64,000 nucleotides of DNA from Alphaproteobacteria bacterium (GTDB taxonomy: Bacteria; Pseudomonadota; Alphaproteobacteria; MPNO01; UBA2964): NCBI GenBank assembly GCA_012103315.1, contig WLWZ01000011.1:11869-75868 (forward strand), in the 5' to 3' direction. A program made the position numbers and the translations under genes. Shown here one piece after another: positions 1 through 9,070 of this stretch. Every line of letters begins with the position of its first letter. Within the stretch, counting starts at the first letter, position 1. The notes under the pieces are model-generated. The model searched no databases and was not told where the DNA came from. It worked only from the letters and a program-made list of their open reading frames with translations.

Positions 1-8
1 TCATTTGG

Positions 9-1265
9 TTATTCTCCTATCAACATGTCGATATCCACCGCTGCTGCCATCGCCTGATAGCCAACACGATTAGGATGGAGCTTGTCGCCCGGTCCACCAA
101 TACAGCTGTTCGGCACCATTTCGAGTCTCAATTCGCCGGTCGCGTCGTCATAGGTTGCAGCGTCGAAATCGATAATGCCATCGTAGATATCGGTTGTTCG
201 CACGAACTCGTTGAACGTACGGCGTCGGCTATCGACGGATTCCTTGCCATGGCCGCCGGTGGTCGCGTTTAACGCTGTGGTCAGGGTGGCGCCGATGATG
301 CGTACGCCGGGGATGGCTTTTCGCATTTGCGCCACACCTTGCTGCACCCCTTTGATAACCTCTTCCGCTGATACGTCAGTGAAACCAAAATCATTGATGC
401 CCTCGAGCCAGATAACAGTACTAACACCCGCCATGCTAACGACATCACGTTCCAACCGTTTGAGCGCTGATATGCCACCCAGACTGTCTGCCGGTGGCGT
501 ATCATCCGGTGGGCCGAGCACCTGATTGCCACCGATTCCTTGGTTTACCAGCGAAACAGAATTGCCGAACTTGGCATGCAGCCGTCGCGCGACGACGTCC
601 GGCCATCGGTCGAAGCCGTTAATGGTTGAACCCGACCCATCTGAAATGGAGTCACCAAACGCGACGATGACTTTGGTTGGCGCGACCATGTTCATATCGA
701 GGGCATCGAAAAAGAACCACGACGTGGTCGAGTAGGGGAAGGCGGTTTCCTCTTCGGAGGCACAAACATCCTCTGCACCGGGTTCTGACAGGTAGGAGGT
801 TTGCGACGCCTTGGCGTGATAGGTCATTGGCCCGCTGTCACCGGCAACGCGGAAACTCACAGCGAGGGCTTTACCTGTAAGGAGCGGGTCGTTGGGGTCA
901 GTAATAAAATCGAGATCAACGGCATCACTTGTAGCCGAGGCTCCGGCTTCAATCGTGACATTGTCAGCGCCGTCAAACGTGATTTGTCGGTTGGTGCCGG
1001 TTAGGATTGCGCTGCTCATTGCCTGCATGCCGATGTGAATATTGTCAAACGTAACCGGTTTCGAGCCATGGGCGTTGGAGAGACGGATACGCGCCTGCGA
1101 GCCCCAGACATCGGGCCGTACAATCATGCGGAATGATTGATCACGTGCGCCAAATCCTGGCTCTGGAAATATCGTGGATAGATCAGGCTGTGCGGTTTCC
1201 CGACCATGCGGAAACGGACCTTGCGCCGAAGCGCTCCACGCGGCGGTCCAATGATCGGTCATCAA
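9..1265 (-). CDS. SGNH/GDSL-family hydrolase with an N-terminal ~200 aa domain of unknown function
   Basis: C-terminal half carries the GDSL block I motif 'AFGDSISDG' and a later 'GINDF' block typical of SGNH esterases/lipases. The ORF is complete, with a TAA stop at 9-11. No obvious signal peptide. Confidence 0.7.
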   Translation of the reverse strand: MMTDHWTAAWSASAQGPFPHGRETAQPDLSTIFPEPGFGARDQSFRMIVRPDVWGSQARIRLSNAHGSKPVTFDNIHIGMQAMSSAILTGTNRQITFDGADNVTIEAGASATSDAVDLDFITDPNDPLLTGKALAVSFRVAGDSGPMTYHAKASQTSYLSEPGAEDVCASEEETAFPYSTTSWFFFDALDMNMVAPTKVIVAFGDSISDGSGSTINGFDRWPDVVARRLHAKFGNSVSLVNQGIGGNQVLGPPDDTPPADSLGGISALKRLERDVVSMAGVSTVIWLEGINDFGFTDVSAEEVIKGVQQGVAQMRKAIPGVRIIGATLTTALNATTGGHGKESVDSRRRTFNEFVRTTDIYDGIIDFDAATYDDATGELRLEMVPNSCIGGPGDKLHPNRVGYQAMAAAVDIDMLIGE

Positions 1266-1277
1266 GAGCTCCCAAAT

Positions 1278-2519
1278 TCAATACGCCGTTACGTGCATCT
1301 GCCCACGGCTATCGACCATCGCTCGTTCGGATGTTACGGGCTTTCCGTCCACTCTGTCGCGTAACCAATCATAGACCAGACTATCGCGGGCTTCACCGAG
1401 TTCGCCGGAGGATGCGGTCGCCATGCTGTGATTGGCGTCCTGATAGACGACCAGTCGTTTGGGCGCTTTGATCAGATCAAACAGCTCATAGGTATGTTGG
1501 ATGGGCGAAAGTTGATCCACCTCTCCCGCGACAATCATATAAGGCGCGGTGATATCTTTGGCGATTTTGCGCAGATCAAACTCCTGCCGGAATTCATCAA
1601 ACGCGTCTTCATCTTCATATCCGGCCATAAACATGAAACGGACTTTGAAGGTTGGAGAGGCCTTATTGAAAATTGTGTCGCATGTTGGCTCCTGGCATAC
1701 ACCCGTGCCGCAATAGCCCTTGATTTTGTCTTTCAATCCGGCGGCGGCAACTGTGCCGTAATAGGTTCCAAAGCTGGAGCCGCGAATGACGATGCGGTCG
1801 GAATCGATCTCTGGCCGGTCAGCGAGCCATTGGACTGCCGTTTCGGCGGCTGCGGCGAAATTATCTGAGGATATGGTGACGCCACGATTGCGGGTTTCAC
1901 CCTGGCCAGGACCATCGAGCGCCAGTACGGCCATGCCGCGCGTCAGAGCTGAATCGCCATGTAACGCGACCATGTTCTCCTTACTGCCATCCATACCGCC
2001 GATATGCAGAACACAGGGAAACGGTGCGTCCTCGACGGGTGCGGAAGGTAAATGCAGGAAGGCTGACATGGCGGTGTCCTGAAACGGGATATCAACCCGT
2101 TCAACAGGGTGCGGTGCATGCTCGATAAACTTGTCATAGCAGTCGATCATCCGGCGTTCCCATTCGAGATCTTCATCATTGATATCGAAATAGGGCCATT
2201 GCGCGGAGGCGTAGAGCAGGGAGGCGATGAAATAGTTTTCACCGGCGGAAACCATTCTCCCTTGCTCTTCAAAACCTTTGGCGATGCCTTCCATGCGTTG
2301 GCCTTCGCGCCCTAGCTCCGGCCCGATATCGTCAAATTTCTTCATCTTGGCACCGGCGCGGCGGAAAGAGGAGAGCCCCGCGCTTCCACCTTTGCCGCCT
2401 TTGCTGCCGAGGCGTCCTTGATCCCATTCCGGGCCGACGGTTTTGATAACGGAGTCTAGTAACCAGCGTTGCTCACGCCAGCGTTTGGTCCGGTTTTCCA
2501 TGCGCAGTGTTTTTTCCAT
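1278..2519 (-). CDS. alpha/beta-hydrolase fold protein (dienelactone hydrolase / S9 peptidase-like)
   Basis: Nucleophile elbow 'GSSFG', downstream Asp and His, and a Gly/Lys-rich N-terminus. I trimmed the start to the ATG at 2519 (MEKTLR...), which follows a GGGAGA RBS. The longer ORF to 2561 would overlap the amidase on the other strand. Confidence 0.6.
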   Translation of the reverse strand: MEKTLRMENRTKRWREQRWLLDSVIKTVGPEWDQGRLGSKGGKGGSAGLSSFRRAGAKMKKFDDIGPELGREGQRMEGIAKGFEEQGRMVSAGENYFIASLLYASAQWPYFDINDEDLEWERRMIDCYDKFIEHAPHPVERVDIPFQDTAMSAFLHLPSAPVEDAPFPCVLHIGGMDGSKENMVALHGDSALTRGMAVLALDGPGQGETRNRGVTISSDNFAAAAETAVQWLADRPEIDSDRIVIRGSSFGTYYGTVAAAGLKDKIKGYCGTGVCQEPTCDTIFNKASPTFKVRFMFMAGYEDEDAFDEFRQEFDLRKIAKDITAPYMIVAGEVDQLSPIQHTYELFDLIKAPKRLVVYQDANHSMATASSGELGEARDSLVYDWLRDRVDGKPVTSERAMVDSRGQMHVTAY

Positions 2520-2625
2520 CGAGTTTCTCCCTGATTGGCGTTTTATTAGTGAGCGTGGCACTGAATTGGGTTGTGGTCAACATCCCGACGATCAGCATTT
2601 CCAATTTGCGGAGTTTCCAGAGAGA

Positions 2626-4005
2626 ATGGCATCCCAGATAACACGGGAGAGAAATTCGGTGGCACAAAACAGCCCAGTTAAGAAATCATATCGCGCGGCG
2701 CAGGCTTCATTCAGAAATGGATCGTCTAGCCCTAGCGCTTTCCTGGAGGAATGCTTGGCATCCATTGATGCACAGGAGGGCGATATCGGCGCGTTTGTGG
2801 CGACCGATCTCAAAGGTGCCAAGGCCGCCGCCGGTGAGTCAGATAAACGCTGGCAAGCAGGCGCACCGTTGTCGCTGATTGATGGCATGCCGCTTTGTAT
2901 CAAGGACATCATGGAAACCGCATCGATGCCAACGGAGCAAGGCTCAGACCTATTCGTCGGTTGGCGGGGCAACCGTGACAGTGCTGCCGTTGCAGCGCTT
3001 CGTGAAGCGGGTGCCGTTATCGTTGCCAAGGCAGTGACTACTGAGTTTGCGGCGCAGCCGGCACGAGGAACGCGTAATCCTTGGGATTTGTCGCGAACAC
3101 CGGGTGGTTCGAGCAGTGGTACAGTTGCATCTATTGCTGCTGGAATGCTTCCGGGTGGTCTCGGAACACAAGGGTTGGGGTCAACAATTCGGCCCGCAAG
3201 TTTTTGTGGTGTGTTTGCCTTTAAGCCGAGTTTTGGTGGCATTAATCGTGGCGGTAGCTTTGATACGATTAGCCAAAGCAGTACCAGTACATTCGCGGCG
3301 ACTTTGGAAGAAACCTGGGAGATAGCGCGCGCCATTACGGCCCGTGTTGGTGGCGATCCGGGCTTTATGGGCGTATCGGGACCGCTGGAAGCACCGGAGG
3401 CCGAAATGCCCAAGCGGGTCGCCTTGCTGATGACTGAGGGCTGGGACCGCACGGTTGATGATGCCAAGCAGGCGCTGATAGATGCCCGGAGAAAACTCGA
3501 AGTTGCCGGTGTTGAGGTCGTGGACAAGACTAATGATGACAGCGCTGCGGCCTTGGAGAAATCTCTGGAGGGTTTACTGGAGCTCTCAGGTGGTTTGAAT
3601 AACTGGGATTTCCGTTGGCCGATGAACACCTATGCCTACGATATGGACATTAACAAGATGAGCCCCGAAGCACAGGAACGGTTGGTCGCTGCGGAGGCGA
3701 TGACCCATGAGGATTATCAGGCGTTGGTTTTGAAACGAAAAGGGCTCCGTTCCTCCTACGATGCCCTGCAAAATGAGTTCGGTGTCTGTGTGACCTTGTC
3801 AGCACCCGGGCCGGCACCCGAAGGACTGAAATGGACGGGCGATGCGGTTTATGCCGTGCCGTCGTCTGTATTGGGTAACCCATCCTACTCTCTGCCAGTG
3901 TTGGAGGCCGAAGGTATGCCGCTGGGTCTACAGGTCATGGGCTATGCCGATCAGGATGCGAAGGCTTTTTCTGCGGCGCGTGCGATTTTGGGTCTCTATA
4001 ACTGA
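2626..4005 (+). CDS. amidase-signature family amidase
   Basis: Canonical AS motif 'GGSSSGTVASIAAG' with the Ser-cisSer-Lys context. The start is moved to the ATG at 2626 (MASQITRE...), because the ORF-track start at 2443 overlaps the divergent hydrolase. Confidence 0.8.
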   Translation: MASQITRERNSVAQNSPVKKSYRAAQASFRNGSSSPSAFLEECLASIDAQEGDIGAFVATDLKGAKAAAGESDKRWQAGAPLSLIDGMPLCIKDIMETASMPTEQGSDLFVGWRGNRDSAAVAALREAGAVIVAKAVTTEFAAQPARGTRNPWDLSRTPGGSSSGTVASIAAGMLPGGLGTQGLGSTIRPASFCGVFAFKPSFGGINRGGSFDTISQSSTSTFAATLEETWEIARAITARVGGDPGFMGVSGPLEAPEAEMPKRVALLMTEGWDRTVDDAKQALIDARRKLEVAGVEVVDKTNDDSAAALEKSLEGLLELSGGLNNWDFRWPMNTYAYDMDINKMSPEAQERLVAAEAMTHEDYQALVLKRKGLRSSYDALQNEFGVCVTLSAPGPAPEGLKWTGDAVYAVPSSVLGNPSYSLPVLEAEGMPLGLQVMGYADQDAKAFSAARAILGLYN

Positions 4006-4071
4006 TCGTTGGCTATGTGATGACGACGTTCTGCAATACGCTTTCAGTTGTGGTTACGAATGTAATTAGAC

Positions 4072-4806
4072 ATGGGGTGCATTTTGAATTCGACTGATGA
4101 AGATGTTCGAGGCGCGGCCATTGAGTTAGCCAAACAGCTTTGCACCTCTTGCGCCGGAAGGCTTGGGCCAGAATTTATCGGATTCTATCTACTTGGCAGT
4201 CTGGCGCATGGCGGGTTTAACCGACGCTATAGCGATATCGATATAGCTCTGATATCTGAGAACGGAATTGATGGCGTTTTTCTGGAGGCGTTAAAGGCAG
4301 AAGCTGAAGCCATCGCGCCTGAATTGGCGTCCAAAGTTTCTCTATTCTGGTCGGATAGGGATTTTTCAGTTGGCCGCTTTCCGCCACTCGATCGGTTGGA
4401 TTACATCGAGCACGCGGTTGCGCTGAGGGAAGAGGAAAAGGTTCTTCCGCCGAAGCCTGATCTGGAAGAAATCAGAGACTATCTTCGCGGGGCACCTTTT
4501 GAGCAGTGGGCAGAACGCGGAACAAAGTTCTCAATCCAATCGACGCTCGATCCAAATGACCGAAAATCATTTCTGAAAACGCATCTTTATCCTGCACGCT
4601 TCGCCTATAGCTGGATAACAGGACAGATAGGCTCGAATGATACAGCTATCGCGTATCTCCACGACCATCCTGTCGGAGGACTCGATTTGGCGCTGCTGGA
4701 TCGTGCGTTGGCCTGCCGTCATGAAGCTGCCGATCCGGATATTCTATTTGATGATCGAGCTTCGTTGCCGGCGCAGTATCAAGCGTGTGCCAAATTGATG
4801 GGATAG
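4072..4806 (+). CDS. nucleotidyltransferase-domain protein with AadA/ANT(3'')-like architecture (NTase plus C-terminal DUF4111-like helical domain)
   Basis: 'LLGSLAHGGFNRRYSDIDIAL' matches the pol-beta NTase G[SG]x9-13DxD motif and lines up with AadA's 'LYGSAVDGGLKPHSDIDLLV'. Length and domain order resemble streptomycin/spectinomycin adenylyltransferases. Any resistance function is unproven. Confidence 0.55.
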   Translation: MGCILNSTDEDVRGAAIELAKQLCTSCAGRLGPEFIGFYLLGSLAHGGFNRRYSDIDIALISENGIDGVFLEALKAEAEAIAPELASKVSLFWSDRDFSVGRFPPLDRLDYIEHAVALREEEKVLPPKPDLEEIRDYLRGAPFEQWAERGTKFSIQSTLDPNDRKSFLKTHLYPARFAYSWITGQIGSNDTAIAYLHDHPVGGLDLALLDRALACRHEAADPDILFDDRASLPAQYQACAKLMG

Positions 4807-4808
4807 AA

Positions 4809-4838
4809 AAAAGGCCGATGTTTGAGCACCGGCCTTTT
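4809..4838. terminator. bidirectional rho-independent terminator between convergent genes
   Basis: A 9 bp stem, 'aaaaggccg' ... 'cggcctttt', with a 12 nt loop. It has an A-tract on one side and a T-tract on the other. It lies between the nucleotidyltransferase gene (stop 4806) and the minus-strand TctC gene (stop 4859). Confidence 0.6.
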
Positions 4839-4858
4839 CATTGTGTATTTAACGGCGT

Positions 4859-5917
4859 CTATTTTTTCTTCTTGCCGCCTCTTTTGCGTTTGCCGGTCAG
4901 GCCGAGAAGTTTGCGGGCCTTTTTGATTTTTTCCGGTGACATTTTCATCATGGCGTTCACAAATTTCTGAATCTTCGGTCCCGGAATAGGCGTAATGTGA
5001 AAAGAACGACTCTTTGCCTTGGAAAGGAACTCCTTGTCATGGAGTGTCGCCCAATAGGCTTTGCCGAGCGCGGCGGCACGGTCCTTTGGCACACGCGGTG
5101 CGGCGGCAAAGGCCCGGTCAGACACGCCAGTTTGAATGAACTCAAAGATTTCGCGCTGGTCGGCATTTTGTGCCAAATCTGACAGCAAAGGGACGTTCGG
5201 CAGGTCAGGATGTTTTGACGATCCCATCTGGACCAAAACAGAGATCTTACCGTCGCGAATCCAGTCCGCTTTGCGGAGTGTCCATCCGAGCCAGCCACCT
5301 GCCCAGCCATGGAGTTCGCCGGTTTCAATGGCTTTACGGATTGGTGAGCCACCACGATAGCCGGTAACGATTTTGAATTTCGTTCCGAGCGCATTATTGA
5401 GCAGGCTTGGCAACATATAGGTGTTGTTCGACCGACCGATGGCGCCGACGATGGCTTGTTTCTTCTTGGCCTGTGCGATGCTGTGGACTCCGGCATCTTT
5501 GCGGAGCACCATTGTATTGGTCGCTTCACCCCAGCCACCGAGCCATTGGAATTTAGAAGGATCGTATTTAGCTTTGGTCAGCTTTAAGACCATCCGTTTG
5601 TCGATCCCAGCGTTCGGCGCGATGGCGACTGAGCCATCTTGTGGCGCGACGTTATAGACATAGTTGACGGCCTTGGTACCGCCAGCACCCCGAAGATGCT
5701 TAACGATAATGGTTGGTTTGCCGATCATATGTTTTGCCATATGCCGCGACAAAAGCTGCGCCATGGTTCCGTAAATACCGCCCGGCGATACACCGACATA
5801 GATTGTGAGTGTTTTGCCGTCATAGAATTCAGCGGGGCTTTTTGCTATTGCCGCGTTGGAAATTCCTAAAACAGCCGCCGCGGAAACTGCCGTGAGCAAA
5901 ATGCGAGTAGCTTTCAT
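4859..5917 (-). CDS. tctC: tripartite tricarboxylate transporter substrate-binding protein (TctC/Bug family) with a Lys-rich C-terminal tail
   Basis: Signal peptide 'MKATRILLTAVSAAAVLGISNAAIA', then the Bug-family fold (conserved 'GYRGG', 'PGGxxD'-like segments). It ends in '...GKRKRGGKKKK'. No adjacent tctAB. Confidence 0.75.
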   Translation of the reverse strand: MKATRILLTAVSAAAVLGISNAAIAKSPAEFYDGKTLTIYVGVSPGGIYGTMAQLLSRHMAKHMIGKPTIIVKHLRGAGGTKAVNYVYNVAPQDGSVAIAPNAGIDKRMVLKLTKAKYDPSKFQWLGGWGEATNTMVLRKDAGVHSIAQAKKKQAIVGAIGRSNNTYMLPSLLNNALGTKFKIVTGYRGGSPIRKAIETGELHGWAGGWLGWTLRKADWIRDGKISVLVQMGSSKHPDLPNVPLLSDLAQNADQREIFEFIQTGVSDRAFAAAPRVPKDRAAALGKAYWATLHDKEFLSKAKSRSFHITPIPGPKIQKFVNAMMKMSPEKIKKARKLLGLTGKRKRGGKKKK

Positions 5918-6016
5918 AAATTCCTCCTGTTACACCGTTCGATTGAAATCTGGCAAAAATTTATACATTCTGCCTGACCGGTGGCTAAAGGCTAGACGAA
6001 GAAAGAGAATAAATAA

Positions 6017-7066
6017 ATGCGTCCTTATAAATTCGGTCTGACTGAACACGACCCTTCCCGGGCATATCCCGGTTTTACGATGTTTTCACCGTCAGACGGC
6101 AGTGAGACTTTTTTGCTCGATATGGCGGGCGACGTCGTCCACAAGTGGGATTTACCTCAACAGCTGGGAAATTATGCGCAGCTTCTGCCGACCGGTAATT
6201 TACTGGTAAGTTGTCAGACCGAGGTAGGGCCGAAATTGATGGCGGCGGGCGGCCGTCTCCTTGAGATGGATTGGGATGGAAATATTGTTTGGGAACATAT
6301 TGATCATCTTCAACATCACGATTTTAACCGTTGTCCCAATGGCAATACGGCCTATCTCGCCTGGGAACTTGTCCCGACTGAGGATGCGAAAGCAATTATT
6401 GGCGGGATTGCCGGCTCCGACCATGAAGATGGCGGTATCTATTGCGATGTCGTCCGCGAGGTAAACCCAGCCGGTGAACTCGTTTTTGAATGGCGGATGA
6501 TGGATCATTTTCCTTTCGAGAAATATCCAATTCGTCCTAATCGGCATCGGCATGAATACGCCCATGCCAATACCTGTTTCGTTCAGGAGGATGGAAACTT
6601 TCTGCTGAACTGGCGTGACCTTGATCTCATCGTACTTCTGAATCGAGAGACCAAAGAACTGGTTTGGGAAATGGAAGACCGTAGATGGGGTGGGCAACAT
6701 GATCCCCGACGGCTCGACAATGGTAATATCACGATCTTTGCCAATGGCAGCGAGCAGGTCGGGCCCGAGTTTTCCCGTATCCTCGAGCTAAACCCTGAAA
6801 CAGGGGAGACCGTTTGGGAATATAAGGGCTCACCAGTTGATACTTTCTTCTGGCCACGTGTCAGCGGCGCACAGCGTCTTCCAAACGGCAATACATTTAT
6901 CTGCGAAGGCCGACAGGGACGCTTGTTTGAAGTCACGCAAGAAGGTGACATCGTCTGGGAATATATTTCGCCGCATGAACATGTCCGGACCGAAGGCGTT
7001 ATTCGTCAGATATTTCGGGCTTTCCGCTACGGCGTGGACTCGCCAGAAATTGCTGGCAGGGTTTAA
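6017..7066 (+). CDS. arylsulfotransferase (ASST_2)-like beta-propeller protein, apparently cytoplasmic
   Basis: Repeated 'GN...WE' / 'DG(N)IVWEY' blades characteristic of the ASST/PQQ-like propeller family. There is no N-terminal signal peptide. RBS AAGAGAA precedes the ATG. Confidence 0.4.
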   Translation: MRPYKFGLTEHDPSRAYPGFTMFSPSDGSETFLLDMAGDVVHKWDLPQQLGNYAQLLPTGNLLVSCQTEVGPKLMAAGGRLLEMDWDGNIVWEHIDHLQHHDFNRCPNGNTAYLAWELVPTEDAKAIIGGIAGSDHEDGGIYCDVVREVNPAGELVFEWRMMDHFPFEKYPIRPNRHRHEYAHANTCFVQEDGNFLLNWRDLDLIVLLNRETKELVWEMEDRRWGGQHDPRRLDNGNITIFANGSEQVGPEFSRILELNPETGETVWEYKGSPVDTFFWPRVSGAQRLPNGNTFICEGRQGRLFEVTQEGDIVWEYISPHEHVRTEGVIRQIFRAFRYGVDSPEIAGRV

Positions 7067-7090
7067 CGATAAGGTGTTGAGGAGGGTTTT

Positions 7091-7825
7091 ATGCTGACTT
7101 TGTATCACGGGGTGACATCGACCTGTTCCAAACGCGTGCGAATGACGCTCGCTGAAAAAAATATTGAGTGGGAGAGTGTACATCTCGATCTCTCGAAACG
7201 GGATAACCTCAATCCTGAATATTTAAAAATAAACCCCAATGGGGTGGTGCCCACAATCGTGCATGACGGCAAGGCTCTCTATGAGTCCAATTTCATTATT
7301 GAATATCTTGATGATGTTTTTCCGGAGCCTGCATTGCGACCGGTTGATCCTTACGAGCGAGCGCGGATGCGGATTTTGATGGATCGTATAGAGCATGTTC
7401 TGCATCGCAATATCAATACGGTCTCGTGGATAAGACAGGAGCGATACAAACGGTTCGATGGCATGACACCCGACCAGCTACAACAGGTGCTGGATGACCA
7501 GGCGACCGAAGAAAAACGCGCCATTCTCAAGAAACGTCTCGAAGATGGCGTGTCAGAAAATGATATGGCATTTGCCGAAGCCCGTGTTGCCGAAGTGCTG
7601 GATGAACTGGATGTTGTCCTCCAGGACCGTCCCTGGCTCTGCGGTGACAGCGTTTCGCTGGCCGATATCAGTATCGCGCCGTTTATGGAACGGTTTGAGG
7701 CCAATAAAATGCCGGCTTTAACGGATTGGGTTAAACGCCCCCGGCTCGGTGATTGGTGGGAGCGGACGAAAGAGTTGGAGTCTTTCCAGAAAGCTTTCTC
7801 GTTTCGGCCGCCCGAAGCGGCTTAG
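7091..7825 (+). CDS. glutathione S-transferase
   Basis: N-terminal thioredoxin-like GST domain ('LTLYHGVTSTCSKRVRMTLAEKNIEWESV', 'NPNGVVPTIVHDG') and a C-terminal helical domain ('LCGDSVSLADISIAP'). GGAGGG RBS. Confidence 0.75.
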   Translation: MLTLYHGVTSTCSKRVRMTLAEKNIEWESVHLDLSKRDNLNPEYLKINPNGVVPTIVHDGKALYESNFIIEYLDDVFPEPALRPVDPYERARMRILMDRIEHVLHRNINTVSWIRQERYKRFDGMTPDQLQQVLDDQATEEKRAILKKRLEDGVSENDMAFAEARVAEVLDELDVVLQDRPWLCGDSVSLADISIAPFMERFEANKMPALTDWVKRPRLGDWWERTKELESFQKAFSFRPPEAA

Positions 7826-7829
7826 CTCG

Positions 7830-8996
7830 CTAACCCCAAAGTTCCTTACTGGCGATTTCCGCGCCTTCAACTAGCGCGTCGAACTTGGCCCACATCACCG
7901 ATGGATGCACCCGGCGATAGAATGGTCCTTGTGCGAAACCACAGTCTGTCCCTGCGATGACTCGTTCTTTACCGATTAAGTTCGCGATCCGGACAATACG
8001 CTCGGCAACCAGTTCAGGATGCTCGACGACATTGGTGGTGTGGCTGATGACGCCATGGATGAGAACTTTGTCATTCGGCAATCCGGCATCGCCCCAGACT
8101 TTCCATTCATGCTCATGGCGGGCATTGGCACCTTCGATGACGTAGGCTCCGGCATTCACCTTGAGGATCAAGTCCACGATGTCTTTCAATGCGACGTCAG
8201 TGGTGTGTGGGCCAGGCCAGCTACCCCAGCAAACGTGATAGCGGATTTTTTCAGCCGGAATGCCTTCAAGGGCAAAGTTCAGAACTTCGACATGCTTGGC
8301 AACCCAATCGCGATATTCCTCGAAAGTGCCGGGCGGTACCATACGGTCGTAGGTAACGGTGGCGCGGGCATCATCGAGCTGCAGGAGCAACCCAGAATCC
8401 ACGATGGCGTTGTATTCGACCTTCATGGCGTTGCCGATGGCTTCCAGGCAGTCATCTTCGGTGGCGTAATACTCGTTGATCCGGTCGGGAATAACGCTTG
8501 ATGGTGCTGCGACGGGCAGGAAGCCTTCCCTCACACCGGCCTGATCAAGCGCGGCCTTCATATTTGCGACATCGCGTTCAACTTCTGGCAGGCCGGTATA
8601 TTTAATCGGTCCGGTGCAAACCGCCTGATTAACCGTCGCGTATTTTTGTTTGCCATCTAGCTCTTCATAGAACTCCGCAAAGCGTTCGCGGTCAGCACCC
8701 TGAGCGAAGGTGTCATTGTCGGCTGGCATCTCACGTTTCTCAAAGCCGCTGAGCCGTTCGAGGGCATATTGCGACCAGCTGATTGATTTGCCGAACTCGC
8801 CGTCACTGGGAATGTCGATGCCAGCTGCTTTTTGTTCGGCAACAATTGTTGCGACGCTGCTCTTCAGACAATCAGCATAGGCGGCTTCATCGTATGGCTG
8901 ACCGGCCTGCAACGGCTTAATGTAGGTGAGCAATTCCTCAGGTCGGATAAGGCTGCCGACATGGGTTGTAAGGATTTTGTTTGTACTGCGCTGCAT
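7830..8996 (-). CDS. cobalamin-independent methionine synthase (MetE) C-terminal-domain-like methyltransferase
   Basis: Zn-site motifs of the MetE catalytic domain are present: 'YHVCWGSW' (H-x-C), '...AGTDCGFA' (the Cys ligand) and 'LQLDDA'. The N-terminus 'LTTHVGSLIRP' resembles the MetE 'TTTIGSFP' region. At 388 aa it is the short 'methionine synthase II-like' type. Confidence 0.6.
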   Translation of the reverse strand: MQRSTNKILTTHVGSLIRPEELLTYIKPLQAGQPYDEAAYADCLKSSVATIVAEQKAAGIDIPSDGEFGKSISWSQYALERLSGFEKREMPADNDTFAQGADRERFAEFYEELDGKQKYATVNQAVCTGPIKYTGLPEVERDVANMKAALDQAGVREGFLPVAAPSSVIPDRINEYYATEDDCLEAIGNAMKVEYNAIVDSGLLLQLDDARATVTYDRMVPPGTFEEYRDWVAKHVEVLNFALEGIPAEKIRYHVCWGSWPGPHTTDVALKDIVDLILKVNAGAYVIEGANARHEHEWKVWGDAGLPNDKVLIHGVISHTTNVVEHPELVAERIVRIANLIGKERVIAGTDCGFAQGPFYRRVHPSVMWAKFDALVEGAEIASKELWG

Positions 8997-9070
8997 GCGG
9001 AAAACTTTCTAAGAATAGGAAGCGTGCACAGTAGGGACTTAGGTTGTTTGTGTCACCGGGACGGTGCAAA

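Noticed and set aside
2592-3629. 345 aa ORF on the minus strand, antisense to the amidase gene
   Set aside because: Ala/Ser/Pro-rich low-complexity translation lying entirely inside a well-supported amidase CDS. This is a typical antisense artefact of GC-rich coding sequence.
4957-5538. 193 aa minus-strand ORF inside the first tctC gene, in another frame
   Set aside because: It is the same strand as tctC but out of frame and Arg/Ser-rich. The tctC frame has a signal peptide and family motifs, so this is a shadow ORF.
6200-6700. 166 aa ORF antisense to the ASST-like gene
   Set aside because: Contained within a stronger forward CDS and has no recognisable features.
7826-7860. Possible terminator 'ttagctcgctaa' between the convergent GST and MetE-like genes
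   Set aside because: The stem is only 5 bp with a 2 nt loop and no U-tract. It is not convincing as an intrinsic terminator.
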